The notes under the pieces were generated by a model. The model had not been told where the DNA came from. It worked only from the letters and a program-made list of their open reading frames with translations, and did no database searches. A program made the position numbers and the translations under genes. DNA of 53,983 nucleotides, taken from positions 1 through 53,983 of the IMG/VR virus record IMGVR_UViG_3300038315_000612. The stretch is one strand, 5' to 3'. This document shows, one piece after another, positions 19,898 to 27,763 of this stretch (position 1 is the stretch's first letter; each line of letters opens with the position of its first letter). This DNA is from a virus. Lineage: Duplodnaviria; Caudoviricetes.

Positions 19898-20977
19898 TTA
19901 TACGGTGTCAGACGTACAGCCGTTAGCCATGAGGTTGGGAACAGCGAACTGAATCTCGAGAAGGATGTATGCAATGTCCGCATCTGTGTTCGATGTCTCC
20001 AAGTGATCAGAGAACTTCGTAACGCGGAAGTCGTTGTTTGCATTCACCCAATACTCGATAGCGTTCGGGTTCAGGAAGTACGCATGGTTCTGGAATGTTC
20101 CACCAGAATCAATGGCAGCATCCGTCATCCAACGGTTTGCAAAGTATTGAACACCATTGGCTACATGGACAGTCGGATGGGCTCGACCCTTCTCCAAGTC
20201 ATCCACAGTGTAAACAATGGCAGCATTTGCTCCACCGGGGTAGGCACGAAGCTCCTCACCCAATGCAACGTGGTCCGAGATGGACACGACGCCAAGGGAG
20301 ATGCCCTCTTCATCCTCTGCATAAGTATCAGCAGTGATCTTGATCTCTTCTGCCGTCTGCATGAAGTCAGTACCAAAACCAGTGTGTACGGCGTACTGGT
20401 TAAACCAGTTGTCCACAAAGTCAGTGGTATCGTTCACACGAGTCTCACCAAGATAGGCGATAGTGGCGGAAGCTTGATCGGCTGGAGTCTGGAACCGAAG
20501 AGCGCCATTCTCAAAACCAGTAGAGGAAAGACCCGTTGTGTTTCCATTCAGGGTGCCAAGACCACTTAGAGTGGTGATGTTTCCAATATAAAGCTGACGA
20601 ACCACATCGTTCTTCAAGCTCTGCATCGCAGCATTCGTCATGTCCTGAATGAAGCGCTTTACGTCTTCCTTGTTGGACTGACGATCCCGATCAATGTGCG
20701 GAAGGATGATGGGCTTAATGTACTTGGCCCAATCTCCCGACATGGAGGATAGTGTCTCCTTCTTGTTCAGCGGGACGCTGATGTTGGATGCATCAATCTG
20801 CGTCACATCCGAGTGACCGCTCTTGACGCGAACAACGCGAACATTGGTGCCTCCAGAGCGCTTCACCTGGTTACGCGATTGAAGGCGAGAAAGAAGAGGA
20901 TCTCTATTATAAAAAGAGAGAACGCTTTTCTTTACAACGTCAGGGACGGTTCGTGTTGCGTATTCTAGCAAAGCCAT
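19898..20977 (-). CDS. Major capsid protein, 359 aa
   Basis: Follows the scaffold. ATRT..DPLLSRL..RSGGTNVRV and GLGTL..AYFLNP patterns resemble podophage MCPs. GGAG SD. Confidence 0.8.
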   Translation of the reverse strand: MALLEYATRTVPDVVKKSVLSFYNRDPLLSRLQSRNQVKRSGGTNVRVVRVKSGHSDVTQIDASNISVPLNKKETLSSMSGDWAKYIKPIILPHIDRDRQSNKEDVKRFIQDMTNAAMQSLKNDVVRQLYIGNITTLSGLGTLNGNTTGLSSTGFENGALRFQTPADQASATIAYLGETRVNDTTDFVDNWFNQYAVHTGFGTDFMQTAEEIKITADTYAEDEEGISLGVVSISDHVALGEELRAYPGGANAAIVYTVDDLEKGRAHPTVHVANGVQYFANRWMTDAAIDSGGTFQNHAYFLNPNAIEYWVNANNDFRVTKFSDHLETSNTDADIAYILLEIQFAVPNLMANGCTSDTV

Positions 20978-20995
20978 GTCGGCATCTCCAGCTAA

Positions 20996-21913
20996 CTATT
21001 CAAGAAGGTAATCGTAACGACCAAGCACTTCACCCCATTCCATCTCGTCAACGCTGCGTACAGGCTGACCATGAGCAACATGTCCATCTGCTACTACCGC
21101 TTGCCTGGTCGCTACGGGATTAGGTTGCTTTTGCTCCAGCTTTGGCTCTGGAATGGTAGCAGCAGAAAGTGAATCCAATTTAATACCTGCACGATACAAG
21201 GAATACTTATATGCGTCTTCCATTCTATCTACAAGTGTTTCGCCCTGAAACCTTTCATAAATATGCTCGAGTTGTCCAGCGAACTCATCTCTTGCATTTT
21301 GTGGAAGGTTATCAATCTCAGGATGAGCAGCATTAAATGCTCGCCATGACGTAGACACAATGTCTTTAGTCATCTCATCAATAGTAGTTTGCTGTGTTTC
21401 TAACTTAGAAACTAGAGGTTTGATGTCCTCTGAAGATCGAATGGAATCCATGAGTTCATGGAACTCACTTCTTGCAGATTCAAATCTATTCTTTTCTTCT
21501 TGAAGCTCTGAAACATAGTTGGATGCAAGATCAAGAATAGGCTGCACATAGGGGCGCGATTCCTCTGGAATGGAATCAATAGATACATTATCAAACGAGG
21601 AGAACTCTATTTTTTGTTCTTCTTGTCCTTGATCAGAAACAGGCTGCTCAGCTTCAAGAGCAATACTAGAGTCATCGCTCGTAGACTCAATCTGCTCTGT
21701 TGTTTCAACCGTTTCCGGCGCAAGCTCGCTAAGTTCCGGGGATGATTCCTGGTCCTGCTGCTGGGGTTGTTCCGGGGACTCCTCCTGGTGCTGCGACTGG
21801 AGGCCCTCCAACAGCTTCTGCTGGAGCGATTCCTGGGACTGATCCTGGGACTCCCCCTGGGGTTGCTCCTCCTGAGAGGTCTGGGAGGGCGATGGTTCCT
21901 GTTGCGATTCCAT
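20996..21913 (-). CDS. Capsid scaffolding protein, 305 aa
   Basis: Acidic Q/E/S-rich disordered N-terminus, coiled coil, immediately upstream of the MCP, GGAG SD. Confidence 0.7.
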   Translation of the reverse strand: MESQQEPSPSQTSQEEQPQGESQDQSQESLQQKLLEGLQSQHQEESPEQPQQQDQESSPELSELAPETVETTEQIESTSDDSSIALEAEQPVSDQGQEEQKIEFSSFDNVSIDSIPEESRPYVQPILDLASNYVSELQEEKNRFESARSEFHELMDSIRSSEDIKPLVSKLETQQTTIDEMTKDIVSTSWRAFNAAHPEIDNLPQNARDEFAGQLEHIYERFQGETLVDRMEDAYKYSLYRAGIKLDSLSAATIPEPKLEQKQPNPVATRQAVVADGHVAHGQPVRSVDEMEWGEVLGRYDYLLE

Positions 21914-22331
21914 TTAAAAACTCCACTAAATCATCTTCGTTTTGTAAATTATAAATACCAGGGTTTACCGTATCCGCAACCAACTGCAAAAGTTGCGCAA
22001 ACCCTGGCGACATCTCTGTTTGAACTTCTGGAATAATACCTAATGTCACAAGAACAGAAGAGGCTGCCTCAACAAGCTGTGGCGTTACCATGCTGAGATC
22101 TGGCGCTGCGCCCTGGCCACCAGCAAGACCCGGTGGAGGGGCCCCCGGAGGGCCCATACCAAGATCAATTCCCTGCTGATCAAGAGCCATATTGATATCA
22201 TTCGATGCCTGAAGAACTAGCTTTTCTAGTTCCTCCAGAGGCATGTTTTGAAGCTCTTCTTCAGACGGGATCTGGGGTGTTCCCGCAGTTGGTGCCCCCG
22301 GCAAGTTGGGCATCGGTGGGGTCACAGGCAT
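21729..22331 (-). CDS. Pro/Gly-rich hypothetical protein, 200 aa
   Basis: AAGGAG SD. Overlaps both neighbours (71 nt and 185 nt). Confidence 0.6.
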   Translation of the reverse strand: MPVTPPMPNLPGAPTAGTPQIPSEEELQNMPLEELEKLVLQASNDINMALDQQGIDLGMGPPGAPPPGLAGGQGAAPDLSMVTPQLVEAASSVLVTLGIIPEVQTEMSPGFAQLLQLVADTVNPGIYNLQNEDDLVEFLNGIATGTIALPDLSGGATPGGVPGSVPGIAPAEAVGGPPVAAPGGVPGTTPAAGPGIIPGT

Positions 22332-22788
22332 CTGAAATCTCCTTCCAGCGATTATATTGTGTATTCGTCCAACCGGTAGCGTCTTTCATCTCTTGTTTGT
22401 AGATATGATCTGCTACGGCTTCACGACCATCTTGTTCTGCAACACGGTCAAGTTCAAGCGCTTCCTGCTTCATATCATCAACAGATGAACGATACTTTAC
22501 GGAGTTTGGGTCTGTTCTTACAAAACTATTCTCTTCTTCAAACTTCTTAATATCTTTGTATGTTCTTACTTCTTGTCCGCGCATCATCCCAGAAGTGCCA
22601 TAGATAGCCTTTGAATAGTCTTCAAGGCCAGACCAAATAGGGCCGACAGGATTGAAGCTATAAACACCACTGCGAGTGGAACTGCTACCACAGCTACAAG
22701 CAATACTGTCCGGTATAGATTCAGATCCAAGGTACAAGTGCTCCTTTGAAGAACCGCATCCAGAGCAAACATAATCAAAGATTGGCAT
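22261..22788 (-). CDS. FmdB-like zinc-ribbon protein, 175 aa
   Basis: MPIFDYVCSGCG...CSCGS N-terminus. Such genes are common between portal and scaffold genes. Confidence 0.75.
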   Translation of the reverse strand: MPIFDYVCSGCGSSKEHLYLGSESIPDSIACSCGSSSTRSGVYSFNPVGPIWSGLEDYSKAIYGTSGMMRGQEVRTYKDIKKFEEENSFVRTDPNSVKYRSSVDDMKQEALELDRVAEQDGREAVADHIYKQEMKDATGWTNTQYNRWKEISDACDPTDAQLAGGTNCGNTPDPV

Positions 22789-22799
22789 GAAGCAATCCG

Positions 22800-23195
22800 C
22801 TAGTAGTTTTCATTATCATTGCCAGGATTATCCCCTGGGTTCCTATCTCTTTTTTCTCCACTAAGAGCCCTATTTAGATCTTTGCTGATATCAATAAGAC
22901 CAGCTTCTTCAAGTGTTCTTAGTGTACTGACATCCATAGTAGACATATCTACTTTGCCCACTGTGATCGTATCACCACCAGAATCATGCTTTTCCGGTGG
23001 CATCTCTCCACCGTACTTGGTGCCCTGCGCAGAATAGATTTCATCTGCAAACTCTTCGTCGTTCACCATCTTTTCTGCGAACTCTTCGACGGTCATATCG
23101 TCTAAGACGCCCTTAGGAGCCATAAGCTCCAACTCATCCATGGCGTCTTCATCACCGTCTAGGGCTTTCTCTGCTAGTCTAATGAGCTTAGGCAT
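22800..23195 (-). CDS. Acidic hypothetical protein, 131 aa
   Basis: ORF fills the gap between the portal and FmdB-like genes. Confidence 0.6.
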   Translation of the reverse strand: MPKLIRLAEKALDGDEDAMDELELMAPKGVLDDMTVEEFAEKMVNDEEFADEIYSAQGTKYGGEMPPEKHDSGGDTITVGKVDMSTMDVSTLRTLEEAGLIDISKDLNRALSGEKRDRNPGDNPGNDNENY

Positions 23196-23225
23196 CGTTC
23201 ATCCAAGTTTACAGTTTAACGTTTG

Positions 23226-24986
23226 TCAACCTTCCGGGATAACCCCAGGAGGAAGTCCGATATTGGGTGGAAGTGGAAGCCCTACCTGCCCTGGACCCGC
23301 AGCCTCTGGCGATAACTCTTCTTGTTGTGCTGCCGCCTGCTCTTGAGCAGCCTTTTCTTCTGACTTTACCAAGGATGGTCTGAACCCAAAAGCATCTACA
23401 ATTTCTTTTGCAAGCTCTCTTTGGTTCATGGCTTCTCCAAGTGGAGATGGGCTCGAAAGTGGGGCAAGGAGGTTTGTAAGAGAGTCCCTTCGTGCGATCT
23501 TGTCTTCCATAAGTGGAGAGAATGGAAGAAGTCTGAACGAAGGAGACACCTCAAGCAGGTCCTTCTGAAGCATTAAACTATTTGGTTCCGCCTGGGTAAT
23601 CGACGCGATTGCTTCGACATTGATTCCAGAAGCTTCTGGATTTCTTAACGCCCACTTAGTTGTAGCCAATGCTTTTCGGAACATGCTTGTCACAACGCGA
23701 ACAACCTTCCTTGCCCTAATGTTTAGGCGACCTTCAATGGCGCCACGAATCATATTCGCTTCTGCTGCGGTACGAATGTTCTTTACTTGACCATGCTGAT
23801 AGTCAGCCATTCCAGGCAACCAACGAATAGACTCGATGCCCTGGTTTAGATGCGTATTAAAATCAAATGTAGTCGGCATCTCTGGTGAGACCCACACATG
23901 CTGATCAATGGTTCCGTCTGGCGGGCCCTCAACAAGCACGGGCTCCCAAGATCTTGCGTTCTTCCACCGTTCAAACTCTTCGTCAGACCTGAATAGCTTG
24001 CGGTCTACCAGCATACGACGGGGAAGACGGGCCACAATCTCACGACGAGCAGAAACAAGCTCATTGATGTCCCTCTGGATTGGAGCAATCAAACTTACAT
24101 CAGAGATGCCACGAATACGACCAACACCAGGATGGAAGATGAGCGCATCGTATGGTCGCTCATAAGGCATGTCTGCTTCCATGAGAAGCTGAGCCGTATC
24201 TGGATGCAGGTGGTATAGCTTTTTCTTTCTAAAGTCCCAAAACTCTATAAGAGAAACATACTCTTTTAGTCCCTTCTCCCTAAGCTCAACTTCTTGCTCG
24301 AGAGGCATCCTAGTATCAATGATTGAACTAGGGTAGGTATCTGCCGGAATAGCCTTCTTTGGTCTATCGTAGACGCCGCTTTCAATCCTGCCCCTGAAAT
24401 CGTCATAATGTAGAACGAATCTCTCGAATGACCAGCCAACATCAGCGACCCGTTTGGCGCTTGGATCGAAATGTACTTCCCACGGTAGTTTGGTTCGCCA
24501 AATCGGCCTACCCAGATTGGCAGACCAGGACACCTTAACGACAGATTGGTCGAACAGAAGCGCATGAAGGACAAGCTCCTGAATGACGGTATCTAGCTCG
24601 TCTTCTTCCGCAAACCAGTTCAATACAGAAGCGATACGCCTACCAGAAAAGGTGGGGTCTTGCTCCCTCTCTGGAACGCTTTGCCCACCTTCTCTTTGAT
24701 CAATGGCCTCTACTTGTGGCAGGTCCATTGCCAGGGCAGACACTATTGTATCTACAATAGGGAAGATCTCATTCTGAACAGCGTTATACCCACGAGAATC
24801 GGCAGCCTTAATGGAGATTCCATCCCCATCCCAGAACCTTCCTCTATAGTAAGAAAGGTTACGAATTACTTCGTCTGCACGGTGCTTTTGGTACCACTCT
24901 TCTGTTTGGAGAACTAGCCCAACCATTCTTTGGATGGACTTGTGCTCAGCCTTGGGTCCTGCATGTAGATCTGTGTGGGCATTCAT
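23226..24986 (-). CDS. Portal protein, 586 aa
   Basis: Directly after TerL. YYRGRFW, NEIFPIVD, WEVHFDP, GISDV..IAPIQRDIN and RTAAEA motifs of P22/podo-type portals. Confidence 0.85.
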   Translation of the reverse strand: MNAHTDLHAGPKAEHKSIQRMVGLVLQTEEWYQKHRADEVIRNLSYYRGRFWDGDGISIKAADSRGYNAVQNEIFPIVDTIVSALAMDLPQVEAIDQREGGQSVPEREQDPTFSGRRIASVLNWFAEEDELDTVIQELVLHALLFDQSVVKVSWSANLGRPIWRTKLPWEVHFDPSAKRVADVGWSFERFVLHYDDFRGRIESGVYDRPKKAIPADTYPSSIIDTRMPLEQEVELREKGLKEYVSLIEFWDFRKKKLYHLHPDTAQLLMEADMPYERPYDALIFHPGVGRIRGISDVSLIAPIQRDINELVSARREIVARLPRRMLVDRKLFRSDEEFERWKNARSWEPVLVEGPPDGTIDQHVWVSPEMPTTFDFNTHLNQGIESIRWLPGMADYQHGQVKNIRTAAEANMIRGAIEGRLNIRARKVVRVVTSMFRKALATTKWALRNPEASGINVEAIASITQAEPNSLMLQKDLLEVSPSFRLLPFSPLMEDKIARRDSLTNLLAPLSSPSPLGEAMNQRELAKEIVDAFGFRPSLVKSEEKAAQEQAAAQQEELSPEAAGPGQVGLPLPPNIGLPPGVIPEG

Positions 24987-26599
24987 ATGTGCTTACCCCA
25001 TGGGGTGTCCCATTCATTGATAGATGCGCGGTCAATCCTATCAAGAAGTCTTCGCCAGGCTTCATTTTCTATCTGTTTTGGGGACATGTTTTTCTTATGG
25101 TGCTGGGCACCTATCTCATTACGCCACGCCCAAGCAATACCAGCTACAGCGGCAGCAAGATCATAGTGCCCGCCAGACACGTCTCTAGAGAGCTTATCCC
25201 ACTGGCCCCGATAGTTCAGGAGTTGCCGAAGGCAACGAACTGAATTGATTGTGATTGAGCCATCATCTATGAGTTCTTGTAGGTATCCAACTGCTTGTGC
25301 TTTTGTCTTTGAGTTGGAGTACCAGCCTGGAATGCGTTGCTTCCCACCAGAACCATATCCAGATGCTTTCCTGTGGTAGACGTTTCGATATCCCATAGCA
25401 ACCACATGAGATAGAACCGCTTCACCTACACCGTTGGCTTCGATGTATATGCGGGCATTATTGTATTGCTTAGCCCACTCAATGATCCTTCTTGCCATAC
25501 GGAAGGCTTCTGCGTGTCCTAGATATTCGGCCACTTGCGAGCAGCCATCGACATCGAATATCTCGACGCCAAACATGTCTCTTTTGGCCCATGATCCAGC
25601 AGGATCTACAAAGATTATGTATCTGCTACTAGGCATTGGCTTCTTAAACACAACCCATTCATCTGTCTCGACATTCAATCCTGTGCCTCTGTCGAGAAGA
25701 TCTAATATCTCCATGAGTCTCTTTGCGTTGTATACAGCGTCACCAGCCAGAATCCAGCAGTCTAGTTCATTTACTGGATACTCTGCTCGAAACTTCATTA
25801 GGTCGTTTCGGCACTTTTCTAATCCAACTGTCTGCATCCAATAGGCAGAGTCTTCTGGGATCTTGTGCTGATCCATATAGTCACGCACATCTAGTCGAGG
25901 CTTCCACCTTGGTGGTGGCTGTACTTTGTATTCCTGAACAATGGTCCAAGGAATGAACACCTTCATCCACTTGCTGTCTGGCGCCTCAGAGTCTGTACAC
26001 ACAAGGTGTAGCTGGTCGCCGTGGTGGCGTGGTGTTGATTCAGCAATGACAAAGCCACCGTCTCCGGGAACAGCGTTGAGCGCTGCTGTCCAGGCTTCTG
26101 GCCCACCGTTTTCAGACCATGCGGATATCTCTGTGGCTAGCAATACCTGAACAGTCTCACCGCGAAGCGGTTCGTCATCTTTTACAGAGGCAATAGTCAT
26201 ACGGCTATCAATCTCTGGGAACTCCAGACTTCTCTTGAGTCCTGGAGTCTTCTTTGGCCTAATCTCATCGGGCATATAGCGATGGAATCGCACTGCTACA
26301 GATGAGAGGTATTGGCTCTGAACTTTCTTGTGGGCGAGGATGCCTACTCTGCATCCTGTTCTGAACGCTGCGTGCTGTACACCAACGCCGGTAAAGAACG
26401 TTGAGCTACCTTCCTGACGCGGCTTTACGTGTACAAGCCACTTTCCCTCTTTGTAGCAACGCATAACGGCTGCGGATAGAATCTTTTGCTGATCCCAAAG
26501 ATGGAATGGTTCTATGGATCCGCTCTTAGTGCGAACCCTTGTCATAGGTAGAAAGGCTTCTGGGTTCCAGAAGTCTTTGTGGTCTGGGTATACAATCAC
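24983..26599 (-). CDS. terL: Terminase large subunit, 538 aa
   Basis: Walker A KPRQEGSST, LRGET..LLATE, AESTP coupling motif, FRAEYP, nuclease FVDPAG, IEANGVG and HYDL. Confidence 0.92.
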   Translation of the reverse strand: MIVYPDHKDFWNPEAFLPMTRVRTKSGSIEPFHLWDQQKILSAAVMRCYKEGKWLVHVKPRQEGSSTFFTGVGVQHAAFRTGCRVGILAHKKVQSQYLSSVAVRFHRYMPDEIRPKKTPGLKRSLEFPEIDSRMTIASVKDDEPLRGETVQVLLATEISAWSENGGPEAWTAALNAVPGDGGFVIAESTPRHHGDQLHLVCTDSEAPDSKWMKVFIPWTIVQEYKVQPPPRWKPRLDVRDYMDQHKIPEDSAYWMQTVGLEKCRNDLMKFRAEYPVNELDCWILAGDAVYNAKRLMEILDLLDRGTGLNVETDEWVVFKKPMPSSRYIIFVDPAGSWAKRDMFGVEIFDVDGCSQVAEYLGHAEAFRMARRIIEWAKQYNNARIYIEANGVGEAVLSHVVAMGYRNVYHRKASGYGSGGKQRIPGWYSNSKTKAQAVGYLQELIDDGSITINSVRCLRQLLNYRGQWDKLSRDVSGGHYDLAAAVAGIAWAWRNEIGAQHHKKNMSPKQIENEAWRRLLDRIDRASINEWDTPWGKHI

Positions 26600-26877
26600 C
26601 CCGACTTGCCGCCTCTAAGGATCCCGAAGGGACCGTGGCTGGTAAGCTCTTGTGCCGGTTCGTTCTTCTTTGCTGCCGGGTTCTTCAGCTTTGCATACTT
26701 GCTCTTGTCGGAAATGGTCTGACGAGCAATGGTTAGCAGGCTTCCGATAGTAGACACGTCTCCCTTATCGAGTATTCCACTATTGAACTGCTCAAGGGTG
26801 TCCTCAACTGTATGAAGAATCCCATCAAAGGTCTTCAAGGAGAATCGTGGGTCTGGTTGCTTTCTATCTTTCGACAT
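26596..26877 (-). CDS. Hypothetical protein, candidate terminase small subunit, 93 aa
   Basis: Translationally coupled to terL. Call is from position only. Confidence 0.4.
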   Translation of the reverse strand: MSKDRKQPDPRFSLKTFDGILHTVEDTLEQFNSGILDKGDVSTIGSLLTIARQTISDKSKYAKLKNPAAKKNEPAQELTSHGPFGILRGGKSG

Positions 26878-27388
26878 GATCTATAGCCTCGATGATTACG
26901 TCAGGCGTTAGTCCTGACTCTGGAAGGGCTCCGCACAATGCGGTAATGAACTTTTTGTTTGTCTTAAGGTCTCTGATTGCTCTCTTTACTGAAGCATGAA
27001 CTGCTTGTCTAGAGCAACCTTCCTCATGTCCTATCACCTCAAGCTTCATTCCTCTTAGCACTTTCTCTAGCCTTCGTGCTTGTACTTTAGATACCTCTTG
27101 GTAAAGTACCCTACGAACGTCGGAGTCCATAGTACCCCCGGCACTAATAAGATCAGATATCATTGGTTGTCTTGAGCAAAGCCACTCTAGAACAGAGTTC
27201 AATGAGCTTCCTGCACGGGGCGTAATGGATATCTCCATAAAACGATGCTCTCCACCTCTAGACAGCGCCATAGAGATTGCGTTCCTTACGAAGTCTGAGC
27301 GTTTTACGCCGGCATTATCTGCCGCATCTATCAGTGCGTTATACTGTCGTTCGGTTATTCGAGTAGCAACCAATTTGTCTTTAGACAT
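26864..27388 (-). CDS. DNA-binding protein (N-terminal ribbon-helix-helix, C-terminal sigma-region-4-like HTH), 174 aa
   Basis: VATRITERQYNAL..GVKRSDFVRNAI and GMKLEVIGHEEGCSRQAVHASVKRAIRDLK. Confidence 0.65.
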   Translation of the reverse strand: MSKDKLVATRITERQYNALIDAADNAGVKRSDFVRNAISMALSRGGEHRFMEISITPRAGSSLNSVLEWLCSRQPMISDLISAGGTMDSDVRRVLYQEVSKVQARRLEKVLRGMKLEVIGHEEGCSRQAVHASVKRAIRDLKTNKKFITALCGALPESGLTPDVIIEAIDHVER

Positions 27389-27415
27389 AAAAAACTAATA
27401 TCATGGAGTTCTACA

Positions 27416-27703
27416 ATGCCCCGCACTTCCTCTAAGAAGCCAGCAAAGAGTACAACCGAAACTGCCGTAGTCTCAGCGCCCGTGGCCCCTAAGCGCGGTC
27501 CTGGTCGCCCCCCTAAGGCCAAGTCGTTTCCGCTTAGTGTTTATAGCTGCGACCAAGAGGTTGTCCTTGATTTTCCTGACGAGGCTTCTCGGGCTAACGC
27601 AATCAATCAAGTTTCAAAACGCTGCCCTCGTGGCCTTGATGCACGTATCTCTGTGGGTGGAAGCACCTACCACTTCGTTCGCGTTGATTACATGAAGTAC
27701 TAG
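27416..27703 (+). CDS. Small basic protein with AT-hook motif, 95 aa
   Basis: GGAG SD and KRGPGRPPK. Fills an otherwise empty gap, antisense to the late operon. Confidence 0.65.
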   Translation: MPRTSSKKPAKSTTETAVVSAPVAPKRGPGRPPKAKSFPLSVYSCDQEVVLDFPDEASRANAINQVSKRCPRGLDARISVGGSTYHFVRVDYMKY

Positions 27704-27763
27704 GTGGAGTGCTCTCAATGAGCTTCTAGGGGGCCTAGAATCCATTCTAAGGCGCCGGTAGGG

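Noticed and set aside
21905-21925. -1 slippery heptamer T TTA AAT fusing the Pro/Gly protein to the scaffold
   Set aside because: The scaffold is in the +1 frame relative to the upstream ORF, so a -1 slip would not join them. The scaffold also has its own SD and ATG.
69-27400. Numerous plus-strand ORFs of 60-256 aa (e.g. 19799-20569)
   Set aside because: They are antisense shadows of well-supported minus-strand genes, with no recognisable motifs.
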